Assembly: GCA_038883715.1 (NCBI GenBank)
Contig: JAVZLS010000005.1
Span: 1 to 64,000 of the forward strand
Source of the DNA: Candidatus Bathyarchaeia archaeon
GTDB lineage: Archaea; Thermoproteota; Bathyarchaeia; Bathyarchaeales; Bathycorpusculaceae
Length of the DNA: 64,000 nucleotides
Direction: 5' to 3'
Shown here: in pieces, positions 27,042-37,308 of the stretch
Layout of the letters: each line of letters begins with the position of its first letter
How positions within the stretch are numbered: position 1 is the first letter of the stretch
Notes under the pieces: generated by a model
Told to the model about the DNA's origin: nothing
Database searches by the model: none
What the model saw: only the letters and a program-made list of their open reading frames with translations
Program-made: the position numbers and the translations under genes

Positions 27042-27680
27042 ATGACAATCCAGATGTTCACCGTTGGTAAGCTCTTCACAAACTGCTACATTGTAGCATG
27101 CCCGGAAACAAGAGAGGCCATAATCATCGACCCCGGATTTGATAACGCCTCTGAAGGAGAAAAAATTTTCAAGTTTATCGAAGAAAAAGCCCTAAAGCTA
27201 AAATATATTGTGAACACGCACGGCCACCCAGACCATGTCTGCGGAAACGGCATAGTTAAAAAGCAGTTTCAAACGCCAATCTTGGTTCATGAGAAGGACG
27301 CTTTCATGCTTGGAACCTTTGGCAAAGTAATCGCAAAATTTTTCGGCTTCAACAGTTCCTCGCCGTCAGCGGACATCCTCCTAAAAGATGGAGATTATGT
27401 AAAGTTTGGCAAAATGGCCCTCAAAGTTATGCACACTCCGGGTCACAGTCCAGGAAGTATATCCCTAATAAGCGAGGGTGAGGTGTTTACCGGCGACACT
27501 TTATTTGCCGGCTCAATTGGGAGGACAGACCTTCCGCAAAGCTCAGAATCAGACATGAAAGAATCGTTAAAGAAGTTAGCAAACCTGCCTGACAGTTTTA
27601 AGGTTTACCCGGGTCACGGTCCAACAACAACAATTGGAGAGGAAAAGCAAACCAACCCATTCCTAATCATAGAATGGTGA
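27042..27680 (+). CDS. MBL-fold metallo-hydrolase (glyoxalase II-like)
   Basis: THGHPDH, HTPGHSPG, TGDTLF, PGHG. Confidence 0.93.
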   Translation: MTIQMFTVGKLFTNCYIVACPETREAIIIDPGFDNASEGEKIFKFIEEKALKLKYIVNTHGHPDHVCGNGIVKKQFQTPILVHEKDAFMLGTFGKVIAKFFGFNSSSPSADILLKDGDYVKFGKMALKVMHTPGHSPGSISLISEGEVFTGDTLFAGSIGRTDLPQSSESDMKESLKKLANLPDSFKVYPGHGPTTTIGEEKQTNPFLIIEW

Positions 27681-27691
27681 AAAAGGAGCGC

Positions 27692-28465
27692 TTATAGGGC
27701 TTCTCTAAACAGGTCCTCGTCTTTCCTAATTTTCAGCTCTTTTGCACTTGATTTTTCACAAAATTCCACTACATCCTTTAAGCCTTTAAAAATTACCACG
27801 GGAGTGGCCTCTTCGGCTTGTCCCATGAGAAGTTCCGCTGCAGCAGCAATCTCATCGACAACCGCCACATTCTTAACCTTCAATATGTAACCGTAAAGAT
27901 CCCTTTTACCCCTATAGTCTTTGAAGGGCTTGATTCCAGCCAATCCTATGGCAAAGTTCACTTGCCCACGCCGGAAGGGGCGGCTATAAGTGTCGCATAT
28001 TATTATTGCCACATTTTTCCCAGTTAACTTTCGTATTTCTTTTCGGCACTTTTCCGCTGAAGCGTCTGGGTCTTCTGGCAGAAGCGCGAAGTTGCTTTCT
28101 CCTTCGATGTTTGATTTGTCTATTCCGGCATTTATACAAACTAGGCCGCGATTGTCCTCTACAAGCAAGATTTCGCTAGAAGCTTTTATGACCTCCTTTG
28201 CCTCCCTTAAAACGAGCTCCACAAACTTAGGGCTTTTTCCTGTTTTTCTTGCAATTTCCATAGCCTCTTTGGAGGGGACAATCTCTTTAAGGTTGACTAT
28301 TCTGCCTTCAGCCTTCGAGAAAATTTTTTGGGCAATAACAATTACGTCTCCGTCCTCGATTTTCAAGCCGTTTTTCTCCGCGTTTTCAGCAATTATTTTC
28401 GCTATGTTGTCTCCGGGTTTTATTAAGGGGAAACCTTCAAGAGCGATGGCTTTAAACTCCTTCAA
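27692..28465 (-). CDS. cofE: F420-0:L-glutamate ligase, copy 1
   Basis: AQKIFSKAEG, NAGIDKSN, LPEDPDASA, DTYSRPFRRG, VDEIAAAA. Confidence 0.93.
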   Translation of the reverse strand: MKEFKAIALEGFPLIKPGDNIAKIIAENAEKNGLKIEDGDVIVIAQKIFSKAEGRIVNLKEIVPSKEAMEIARKTGKSPKFVELVLREAKEVIKASSEILLVEDNRGLVCINAGIDKSNIEGESNFALLPEDPDASAEKCRKEIRKLTGKNVAIIICDTYSRPFRRGQVNFAIGLAGIKPFKDYRGKRDLYGYILKVKNVAVVDEIAAAAELLMGQAEEATPVVIFKGLKDVVEFCEKSSAKELKIRKDEDLFREAL

Positions 28466-28644
28466 AGTTTGCGCCAGCTTTCACGTTTTCTAGATGATGT
28501 GCTGTCCCTATGTTAAAACTCTTGCTTTTCAGCGGCTTAAGAATAGACTTGAATGATGTATTTCCAAGTTTTATTTCAAATTCATAATGCTTAAGCAAGC
28601 GTGGCGAAAAGGATAGTTTAACCACAATATATGGATGCATCCAT

Positions 28645-31326
28645 ATGAAAGGCAAAATGAAAATTCTAGCTTCAATTCTCATTATAGTTTTCAGTTTATC
28701 CATCTTCCCGTTTAACATGCTGTTTCCAGCTGTGAAGGCAACCTATTTTGAAGGAGAAATCACCGTAGACACTGTCTGGACCCTTGTTGACAGCCCCTTT
28801 ATTCTCTCTGGAAACGTCACTGTCCACGAAGGCGTAACATTAACCATAGAGCCGGGAGTTGAGGTAAGATTCGGCGGAAAGTTCTCCGTAATCGTTTATG
28901 GTCGGCTCATCGCAAAAGGATCAACGGAATTTAATAGGCTAATAAAATTCACCTCGAATAAGGAGACGCCCGGACCAGGAGACTGGGGGGCCCTCTATTT
29001 CAATGGAACTGGTCAGCCTTCTTCACTGTTGGAAAACTGCATAATAGAGTATGGATCAAGCGGCGTAACAATAGCTGGTGGCGAATTAACAGTCCAAAGC
29101 AGCGTTATACGGTTTAACTCTGGAAATGGAGTTATGGTGTTAAATGGTTCAGTGACCATTGGACATGAAAACCTAATCTGCAACAACACTGCCAGTGGCA
29201 TCTACATATTCGGAGGCAACGTAACAGTGGAGGCTAACATCATAGAGTCGAATGGAGATGGCATAACATTAGCTGGGAATCTAACAACTTTTGAAATTAA
29301 TATAACGAGAAATAATATAAGCCTTAATGAGAAAAGCGGGATATCACTAGTCATGGAGGACTATAACCCGGACTATCTTATTATCAGAAACAATACGGTT
29401 TCCTCAAACTATTATGGGTTTTATGTTGCTACAAACGCAAGCACTGTTATAACACGAAACTACATTATCAGCAATGAGGTGGGAGTTTTTTATGAATCTG
29501 GACATGGGCATGAAGCTCATTTCAACGATATCTTTGGCAATGGTTTGGGCATGGATGTCTCAGCAACAGCCTCCGTAAACGCGACTCGTAACTACTGGGG
29601 GGACCCAAGCGGTCCATACCACGAAGGGTTAAACCCGAATGGAAGGGGCAATCCTGTTGGAGGCGACGGCGTCAACCTTGACTTCATATTCTTCCTAACA
29701 GCGCCAATAGATTATGTTAACCGCTTGCCAAAGGCTGTTCTTTGGGCTGATAAGATTAGGGTTGCACCCGGTGATGAGGTTGCCTTCATTGGTTTTGACT
29801 CTTCTGACGATGGACGTGTTGACCAGTACCGTTACAACTTCGGGGACGGACATGACACCGGCTGGACTACGCTGTCAATTTTCTTCCATACTTACACTAC
29901 TGTTGGAAACTATATTGTTCGCCTGTGGGTTATGGACGATTTCGGTGAGGTCAGCAGCCAAGCTTCCATAACCGTCTCTGTAGTTAGTTTGCAATCTTTG
30001 AATTTGGAACTTATTCAAGGGGATAATAAAGTTCCATCCGGGGGAGAAGTTCCAATAATGGCACGTGTTTTGCAGGGTGGAAACCCGGTTAGTGGTGCTA
30101 ATGTAACTTTCTTCTCTATTAAGGGTGGAAGTTTTGAGCCGCTGTACGGTTTGACGAACTCTTCTGGTTACGTTACAACATTTTTTAAAGCGCCATCGGT
30201 TGAGGAGATAACCGATGTTAGGATTATTGCTAGGGCTTCAAAAAGTGGATTTGCAGACGGCTCATGCCACCAGTATTTGACAGTTTTACCACCTCTCAGC
30301 GTTATGGTGGAAGCCCAACCATCCAGAGTTTTGTCGGGTGAGAATTCAACAATAAGTGTTCATGTTTCTTGGGTTGGCTATCCCATAGAAGGAGCCAATG
30401 TTACTTTATCCTCAACTAACGGCGGAAGTTTCGCCGAACCTTCAAAGCTAACGGATTCTAATGGGAGAGCCTCTTTCTATTTCACTGCCCCTCAAACGTC
30501 AGAAGAAATCATAACGACAATTGTAGCCCACGTCTCAAAGGCAGGGTTCGCCGACGGCGAGGGACAAACAAATATAACAATTGCGCCAAAAATGTTCCAG
30601 ATAGAAATTACAGCTGAGCGGGATACGACAGTTTCTGAGGAAACTGTGACAATAACAGTGCATGTTGAGCATAATGGCTTTTATGTCCAAGAAGCTAACG
30701 TCACCTTGTCCGCTACCGCTGGAACAATTTCGCCTCCGTATAATTTTACTGACAGTTATGGAAATGCTATTTTCCGTTTCACAACGCCACCAGTTCCAGA
30801 GGAAACAAACATCACCATAACCGCGACAGTTTCAAAGGAGGGATTTGCCACCAACACAACATCATTAATGCTAACTGCAAAGCCAGGAGTCTTAACAATA
30901 AGCGTCATTACGGGAGCTTACTCCGTACCGTCGGAAAGCCCTGTTGAAATCCATGTTTATGTAACGTGTAATGGCAGACCAGTGGCTGCTGCAAATGTTA
31001 CAGTTGCTCTCAGCGCAGGAACACTGGCTTCGCAATCATGCCTTACAGACGCTAATGGTTATTGTGTGTTTTCTATTTTGACGCCGAGGGCTGATGCGAC
31101 GATGGATTTGGTGGTTACGGTTAGTGCTGAGAAGTTTGGGTATACATGCCAGCCTATCTATGTGCCTTTGACCGTTGTTCCTCCAGCTGGTGGGGGGATA
31201 CCTTGGTTTACTATTTTGCTTGTGCTTATTCCGGTGTTGCTGGTGGTTGTTATTGTTGTCCTGGTGAAGTTGGGGGTTATTCAGGTTTCGTTTGGCGGGG
31301 AAGAAGAGGAAGGTAGCGTTTCGTAA
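28645..31326 (+). CDS. Large surface adhesin-like protein: beta-helix + PKD + Ig-like (Big_1) repeats + C-terminal TM
   Basis: Signal peptide; parallel beta-helix repeats; NYWG; YNFGDG PKD; four ANVT..TD/TN..G repeats; TM with acidic tail. Confidence 0.85.
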   Translation: MKGKMKILASILIIVFSLSIFPFNMLFPAVKATYFEGEITVDTVWTLVDSPFILSGNVTVHEGVTLTIEPGVEVRFGGKFSVIVYGRLIAKGSTEFNRLIKFTSNKETPGPGDWGALYFNGTGQPSSLLENCIIEYGSSGVTIAGGELTVQSSVIRFNSGNGVMVLNGSVTIGHENLICNNTASGIYIFGGNVTVEANIIESNGDGITLAGNLTTFEINITRNNISLNEKSGISLVMEDYNPDYLIIRNNTVSSNYYGFYVATNASTVITRNYIISNEVGVFYESGHGHEAHFNDIFGNGLGMDVSATASVNATRNYWGDPSGPYHEGLNPNGRGNPVGGDGVNLDFIFFLTAPIDYVNRLPKAVLWADKIRVAPGDEVAFIGFDSSDDGRVDQYRYNFGDGHDTGWTTLSIFFHTYTTVGNYIVRLWVMDDFGEVSSQASITVSVVSLQSLNLELIQGDNKVPSGGEVPIMARVLQGGNPVSGANVTFFSIKGGSFEPLYGLTNSSGYVTTFFKAPSVEEITDVRIIARASKSGFADGSCHQYLTVLPPLSVMVEAQPSRVLSGENSTISVHVSWVGYPIEGANVTLSSTNGGSFAEPSKLTDSNGRASFYFTAPQTSEEIITTIVAHVSKAGFADGEGQTNITIAPKMFQIEITAERDTTVSEETVTITVHVEHNGFYVQEANVTLSATAGTISPPYNFTDSYGNAIFRFTTPPVPEETNITITATVSKEGFATNTTSLMLTAKPGVLTISVITGAYSVPSESPVEIHVYVTCNGRPVAAANVTVALSAGTLASQSCLTDANGYCVFSILTPRADATMDLVVTVSAEKFGYTCQPIYVPLTVVPPAGGGIPWFTILLVLIPVLLVVVIVVLVKLGVIQVSFGGEEEEGSVS

Positions 31327-31385
31327 GACGTAATATTTAATAACCAAAGTGTATAGATATATAACATAAGTACAGGAGAGGACAC

Positions 31386-33014
31386 ATGGCCAAACTGCGC
31401 CTCAAAGAAAAACTCGCAAAAATCAAGAAAATAAGGATAAAAGTCAACATTGGAAAGCCCAAAAAAGTGGCTATTCCACCGCCCCCGCCAAAGCCCATCC
31501 CAAAAGGCTTCAAAGTTGTGGAAAGGTACCCGCTCTACGAACCTTTTGCCCACGTAGCCATAGTTCAAAATCCAAAGACTGGCGAGTACAAGTACATTTT
31601 GGACGAGTTACAGCTCGACCCGTTAGAAAGGAGCGTTTACAACCGCATTCTAGAGATACTTCTCGCAGAAATAGAGTCTCCTAAAGAGGAAATAGCCGAC
31701 CCCAGAAAGTTCTTCGCCGAAGAAGCCAAAAAAATTGTCGATAAATACCGCATAAGCCTAGGATGGCTACCTGACGTTTCATGGTACAAGATCCTCTACC
31801 ACGCTGAAAGGGATCTTGTAGGGTTCGGAAGAATAGACCCATTAATGCGGGACCCAAACATTGAGGATATTTCATGCGACGGAGTGAACAAGCCTGTTTA
31901 CGTTTGGCATAGAAACTATGAAAGCATAGAAACAAACCTGGAATTTGAGAACGATGAAGAGCTTGACAATATGGTTGTTAAGCTTGTCCACATGGCTGGG
32001 AAACATGTAAGCTCAGCCTTCCCAATTGTGGACGCCTCGCTTCCTGGGAAGCATAGGCTTGCAGTCTGTTACAGGCGTGAAATTACGCCTTTCGGCACAG
32101 CCTTCACGATTAGAAAGTTTAGGGAAGACCCATACTCGATAATAGACCTCATAAACTTGGGCACCTTCTCAGAAGAGATGGCTGCCTACTTCTGGCTGTG
32201 CCTAGAAAACAGGGCCTCAATAATGGTTTTGGGAGGAACGGCAGCCGGGAAAACAACAGCCCTAAACGCTTTAGCATGCCTAATCAGACCCGGAAGCAAA
32301 ATAATCACTATAGAAGAGACGGCGGAGCTTAACCTCCCCCACGAAAACTGGGTTTCCCTCATAGCCAGACAAAGCTACGGGCTTGGCGGAAGCAGCGTTG
32401 GCGAAGTAACCCTTTTCGACCTTGTTAAAACCTCTATGAGGCACCGTCCAGACGTGCTCATAGTTGGCGAGGTTAGAGGACAAGAAGCCTACGTGCTCTT
32501 CCAAGCGCTTGCCACAGGCCACGGCGGTATGTGCACGATGCACGCCGAAAACCTAGACTCTGCCATAAAACGTTTAACCCAGAAGCCAATGGACATTGCG
32601 CCAGCCTACATTCCGCTAATGAACATTGTCTTGTCGGTCCAGAGGGTGCACCTACAAAAGTCCGGCGAGAAGAAAGCCTACAGGCGTGTAATGAACGTGA
32701 ACGAAATAGCAGACTACGAGGATTACAGATGCACCTTCAAGTGGCATCCAGTGAAGGATGAGCATTTGCCATCGCTGAACAAGAGTATAATGCTTGCTGG
32801 AATTTCGGAGCGCCTAGGCGTGAGCAGAAAAGACTTGTTGGAGGAGATTGACCGGCGAAAGCAGATTCTACATTGGATGCTGGAGCGCAACATAAGAAGT
32901 TACAGAGACGTAGCCGCAATAATTGCGGAATATTATGCACGTCCAAAACAGTTCTATGAAAAGGTTCTCGCCGGGGAGGAGGTGAAAGCTGTTGCCGTTT
33001 CTAGAAACCCTTGA
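31386..33014 (+). CDS. Type IV pilus assembly ATPase (ArlI/PilB/VirB11 family)
   Basis: IEDISCDG, GGTAAGKT Walker A, TIEETAE, RPD..VGEVRG, TGH. Confidence 0.95.
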   Translation: MAKLRLKEKLAKIKKIRIKVNIGKPKKVAIPPPPPKPIPKGFKVVERYPLYEPFAHVAIVQNPKTGEYKYILDELQLDPLERSVYNRILEILLAEIESPKEEIADPRKFFAEEAKKIVDKYRISLGWLPDVSWYKILYHAERDLVGFGRIDPLMRDPNIEDISCDGVNKPVYVWHRNYESIETNLEFENDEELDNMVVKLVHMAGKHVSSAFPIVDASLPGKHRLAVCYRREITPFGTAFTIRKFREDPYSIIDLINLGTFSEEMAAYFWLCLENRASIMVLGGTAAGKTTALNALACLIRPGSKIITIEETAELNLPHENWVSLIARQSYGLGGSSVGEVTLFDLVKTSMRHRPDVLIVGEVRGQEAYVLFQALATGHGGMCTMHAENLDSAIKRLTQKPMDIAPAYIPLMNIVLSVQRVHLQKSGEKKAYRRVMNVNEIADYEDYRCTFKWHPVKDEHLPSLNKSIMLAGISERLGVSRKDLLEEIDRRKQILHWMLERNIRSYRDVAAIIAEYYARPKQFYEKVLAGEEVKAVAVSRNP

Positions 33015-34713
33015 GGCATGGTCCTTCCGCATCTTCGGACGAGTAGCACCCTTCTTCCTAAAACATGTTGTTGAATTCAAAGACTATCTGGAAAGGGCGA
33101 AAATCAAAATTTACCCGGAAACATACGTTTCGCTAATGCTTTTCATTTCTGTCTTAACAATACCAATAACCATAATCTCCATAATTCTGCTTTACTTCTT
33201 CGGTTTTCTGCCAGCCATATTCCTCGTGCCATTTCCAATCTATGTAATGATAGGATTCTTCCTAATACCATTGTCGAAAGCTGGTGAGAGAGCCGCAAAC
33301 CTTGAGAGGGAGATGCCCTTCGTAGCCGCGTACATCAGCGTTATGGCTTCTGGCGGCATAGCGCCCTACACGAGTTTTAAGCGTTTAGCCGAGGTTGAGC
33401 TGATGCCAGCTATGCGAAGTGAAGCCAGGGAAATAATAAAGGACGTGGAAATCTTTGGAATAGACCCGTTAACGGCAATAGAAACTGCTGCCAAAAGAAA
33501 CCCCCTAGACATTTTTAAAGACTTTTTGGCTGGTTACGCCTCAACGGTCATAATTGGCGGAGATATAGGGCATTTCCTAGAGAGGAAGGCTGAAGACATT
33601 TTTAAGACGAGGGCTATGCGGGTGAAGGCTGCCGCCGAAAGGCTTGGTATGCTTCTGGAAACCTTCATAATCGTCATGGTTCTGATGTCCATGTGCTTCT
33701 TCATTCTTTTCGCTGTGGAAAGCATGCCTAACGTTGGGGGTGGAGGAGGGGTTTCAATGCAGTCTGGCATAATCCTCTACACCTACATATTCACACCTAT
33801 GCTTTCTCTCGTCTTTATTTATTTGGCGCACAGCATGCAGCCGAAAACACCAGTTGTGGACATGCGCCCCTACAAAGTCTTTGGAGTATGCAGCATATTT
33901 GGCATAGTGCTTTTACTGTTGCTTACCAACTTTTTCGGTCTCATCGAGATTCCATTCCTTAGCTCGCTTCAAAAATTTGTAGACTTGCCTATGGCTGTAG
34001 CAATAGCCCTCTTCGTCATGACAGCCCCTGCAGCCATAGTATACCATAAGGTTAGCAGTTATAGGGCAAGTATGGAGCAAGGCATCAATAGCTTTTTAAG
34101 AGACTTAACAGAGGTTAGGAAGACTGGCTTGTCGCCTGAGAAATGCATTGAAAGCCTATCAAACCGTGATTATGGCGTTTTCAGCAAGGAACTGCGTAAA
34201 ATAAGCTCGGAAATCTCTTGGGGTGTTCCGGTTAGGAAGGTAATTATGGACTTTGTTAAGCGTACGAAAAGCTGGCTGGCTCAGCTTGTCATGTTCCTTC
34301 TTGTGGAGACGATAGATGTGGGTGGTGGAACCATAGCCATGATTGAATCTCTTGCGAGGTTCAACAACTTGACGCAGGAGGTTGAGAAGGAGAAGAAGAT
34401 GGCTACACGCCCCTACGTGATGATGCCCTACTTCGCTGCGATCCTTCTTGTGGCGACAACCCTCATGATGTTAAACTTTGCCACTGCCACAAGAGAATTT
34501 GCGGGAGGTAGTCAAGCGGCAGACATGACGGGCATAAAAACAATTTTCACCACATCGGTGATTTTCCACAGCTACTTGATAGGCATTGTGGCTGGCAAAA
34601 TAAGCGAGGAGTCTGTGGCTGCCGGGTTTAAGCACGCCGCAATACTGGTGATAATCGCCGCTTTAGCCGCGAAACTCGTGCCCATGCTCCTAGGATCCAC
34701 GGGAGGAGGATAA
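32992..34713 (+). CDS. Type IV pilus platform protein (TadC/ArlJ, T2SS-F family)
   Basis: Two T2SSF domains, multiple TMs, overlaps the ATPase gene. Confidence 0.92.
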   Translation: MPFLETLEAWSFRIFGRVAPFFLKHVVEFKDYLERAKIKIYPETYVSLMLFISVLTIPITIISIILLYFFGFLPAIFLVPFPIYVMIGFFLIPLSKAGERAANLEREMPFVAAYISVMASGGIAPYTSFKRLAEVELMPAMRSEAREIIKDVEIFGIDPLTAIETAAKRNPLDIFKDFLAGYASTVIIGGDIGHFLERKAEDIFKTRAMRVKAAAERLGMLLETFIIVMVLMSMCFFILFAVESMPNVGGGGGVSMQSGIILYTYIFTPMLSLVFIYLAHSMQPKTPVVDMRPYKVFGVCSIFGIVLLLLLTNFFGLIEIPFLSSLQKFVDLPMAVAIALFVMTAPAAIVYHKVSSYRASMEQGINSFLRDLTEVRKTGLSPEKCIESLSNRDYGVFSKELRKISSEISWGVPVRKVIMDFVKRTKSWLAQLVMFLLVETIDVGGGTIAMIESLARFNNLTQEVEKEKKMATRPYVMMPYFAAILLVATTLMMLNFATATREFAGGSQAADMTGIKTIFTTSVIFHSYLIGIVAGKISEESVAAGFKHAAILVIIAALAAKLVPMLLGSTGGG

Positions 34714-35574
34714 TTGAGGTTTAAGCATCTAAAAAATGCTGGACTGAGAAGAAATAGGAGAGCGGTTAGTCCGGCAATTTCATCTGTGATTCTCACTGGG
34801 GCAGTGGTGGTGCTTGTGCTAGTGGCTATGACCTTCGCCATAAACCTTCGGGATTCAAAAATTGCGGAAAACGAGTTCGCCTCTGTTAGGCAGTTTATGC
34901 AGACGGCAGCCGTCCAAATAGATGATATAGCATGGGTTCCGTGGCGCACTCAGACTTTTCGGTTTTCAAGGGGTTATGGAAGCATGAGCTTTATGCCTAA
35001 CATGCTTACCTTTACAATTTATTTTAGGAACGCCTCTGGCGAGTACCTCCTCAGTTCTAATGTTTCAGGGGTTCTCGCGTTTAACATGCCTATTTCAAAA
35101 TATAATGTGTATGACGGCTATTTTGAGTTGATATATCCGACTGATAATTCTTTGGCTGATTGTTTCATATTTAGTGGGGCTAATGCGCCAGTTGCAAGGG
35201 TTTATGCCATCGAAAAGTTGTCAACAGGCTCGCTTGTGCGGTTGGTTTTGAATCCTTGTGTGAGAATTGTTGAGGCGAATGTCTCTGGTAAAAAGCAGTA
35301 TAAGCTGTATCTCCCAATTTTGTATGAATCCGGTTCAAGAGGAAACAATCCAACAGTGACATTCACTTCCAAGCAAATCTTTTCAAGTCCTCCGGGGGAT
35401 GCCACAAAAATTAGGATTGTTATAACGACAACTCCAGCCTATGGTGCTAGCTTCTTTGTGAAGTCGCCACAAGGTCCAACTACTATTATTGATAAGGAAA
35501 TTGATCTGGGCGGTTCTTCAACTGTCATTCTTTACTTGAGTAGAGTGGAGGTTGCGATTGGTGTTAATCCATAA
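34714..35574 (+). CDS. Minor pilin with class III signal peptide
   Basis: RRNRRA/VSPAISSVIL followed by a hydrophobic helix. Confidence 0.85.
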   Translation: MRFKHLKNAGLRRNRRAVSPAISSVILTGAVVVLVLVAMTFAINLRDSKIAENEFASVRQFMQTAAVQIDDIAWVPWRTQTFRFSRGYGSMSFMPNMLTFTIYFRNASGEYLLSSNVSGVLAFNMPISKYNVYDGYFELIYPTDNSLADCFIFSGANAPVARVYAIEKLSTGSLVRLVLNPCVRIVEANVSGKKQYKLYLPILYESGSRGNNPTVTFTSKQIFSSPPGDATKIRIVITTTPAYGASFFVKSPQGPTTIIDKEIDLGGSSTVILYLSRVEVAIGVNP

Positions 35575-35588
35575 GAGGGTGATGGAAC

Positions 35589-36068
35589 ATGCCACATGTG
35601 GCAATTGAATATGTGATTATGGTTCCAGTTTTGGTAGCGCAGATATTTCTGTTCCCGTTGATGGCGACCACCTTAACAAATATCTATGTTGAATCTAGGA
35701 GGAGGCTGGCGGCTGAGACGGCTGCCAGTCGCTTGGCAAACTCAATTCAGCAACTCTACTTTTCTCTAAACCACGAGTCAATTCCGCCAGGAACGGTGAC
35801 TTTTGATCCTGGCTTGCCCAGGTACATTGATAGCTATCATTATGTTGCGAGGGGGGAGTTAACGCCCATAAGGGAGGGTGGGGCGGCTAGGCTGAATATT
35901 AATTTGAGTGTTGTAGGACTGGGCATTAAAGTGTCAGCTTATGTCACTCTTGGACCTAATGTGAGCTGGGACTCAAGTTCTGTTTTTATTAGCAACTCTA
36001 CGAACGCGTGTGTTGAGGTGACTAAGGATTCAAGCGGCGCTTTTTATTTCCGTTTTGGAGGTGGCTAA
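35589..36068 (+). CDS. Pilin-like protein lacking a basic leader
   Basis: MPHVAIEYVIMVP hydrophobic N-terminal helix with pilin-type Glu. Confidence 0.75.
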   Translation: MPHVAIEYVIMVPVLVAQIFLFPLMATTLTNIYVESRRRLAAETAASRLANSIQQLYFSLNHESIPPGTVTFDPGLPRYIDSYHYVARGELTPIREGGAARLNINLSVVGLGIKVSAYVTLGPNVSWDSSSVFISNSTNACVEVTKDSSGAFYFRFGGG

Positions 36069-37301
36069 ATGGTAAGTGCAACCATTGACCATCTGGTTGC
36101 AACAACCGTTCTCATAGTGGCTTTCACCCTTTTCATGGGCTTATTTGGACAAGTAATGCATGATGCGCTTCTCTATCAGTTTCACATGCACCTCGCAACC
36201 AAATGCAGCGACACCCTTGACAACATATTGCTTAGCTTTGGGGACATGCCCGGCGTTTTTGGGCTGGGTGATTATAACCTTGAACCCTACACTCTAGACT
36301 CCTACCTGGTAATGAGGTTGTTGTCTGCTTCAGGTCCCCTTGTGGAGTATCCGCCTGGTTCTGGGATAAAATATAGCAACATATCTTTTGGCGCTGGGGA
36401 CTACTTGTTGGTTCCTGTGAGCGAGTGCATAGATTATGAGACTGCTCAAGAACTACTTGGTTTGAAGGGGATGTATGGTTTTAGATTGTCGTTAACCCCG
36501 ATAATCCGAATAAGTTTTGCTAACATCCGAACGGGCAGTGGCGGAAAATCAATAAGTTTTACCGTTGTCGTTGAGGGGTCCGGCTCGCCTGTTGGCAATG
36601 CAAATGTAACATGTAGGCTTCTCTATGTAAGCGGAGTTGACAATGAAACTGGTTGCCCTATAGCTGGTTTAAGTAGCATGTCAAGAACTACGGATTTGAA
36701 TGGAAAAGCTCAATTCACTTTCAGCAATGTTGATGTTTCCAAAAACTATGTGATTGTTGCAAGCGCTAGAGTTGGAAGCTTCTATGGTGTTGGCTACATA
36801 TATAAGCAAGCCTTAACAAAAGCTGGAAACATCATCCCCTTCATCGAGAACATGGAAACTGGCATGATAATACTTGCCCACTCATACGACGTGAAGCAAT
36901 TTGATAGTCAATCCGATCTAAAATACACGGCATTCTATTACACCATAGACGCTAATTGGGGCTTAGTAAATGTTCCCTTACTTGGAAACTATAGCGGCCA
37001 CTTAAATTATGCTGCTGGCACTCATGGGAAAACTTTCAATCGAACGCAGATTCCAGAGGAGTATCTCAGCATGCCTGGGATTCTTGTTGTAGTTTGCCGT
37101 ACTGGCAACGATTATGGCGTCACCGTTATGCCTTGGCAGGTTCAATCCTTAAGCTTTAGTGTGGAGTTTGGGGGTAACCCTTATGGTTGGGAGTGGGTTG
37201 CCACTGATGTTAGGCATGTTTTGATTGGCGGTGTCCCCTATATGGCGAAGCTTGCCCTCTGGAGTTTGACGGGCTATCAGGTGGTTAGGTATGGGTGGTG
37301 A
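36069..37301 (+). CDS. Pilin-like accessory protein lacking a basic leader
   Basis: MVSATIDHLVATTVLIV N-terminal helix, then beta domains. Confidence 0.75.
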   Translation: MVSATIDHLVATTVLIVAFTLFMGLFGQVMHDALLYQFHMHLATKCSDTLDNILLSFGDMPGVFGLGDYNLEPYTLDSYLVMRLLSASGPLVEYPPGSGIKYSNISFGAGDYLLVPVSECIDYETAQELLGLKGMYGFRLSLTPIIRISFANIRTGSGGKSISFTVVVEGSGSPVGNANVTCRLLYVSGVDNETGCPIAGLSSMSRTTDLNGKAQFTFSNVDVSKNYVIVASARVGSFYGVGYIYKQALTKAGNIIPFIENMETGMIILAHSYDVKQFDSQSDLKYTAFYYTIDANWGLVNVPLLGNYSGHLNYAAGTHGKTFNRTQIPEEYLSMPGILVVVCRTGNDYGVTVMPWQVQSLSFSVEFGGNPYGWEWVATDVRHVLIGGVPYMAKLALWSLTGYQVVRYGW

Positions 37302-37308
37302 ATAAGCC

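Noticed and set aside
34711-36071. Stop-codon readthrough fusions at GGA-TAA-TTG and GGC-TAA-ATG junctions
   Set aside because: The terminal Gly codons double as RBS sequences for the next gene; ordinary translational coupling
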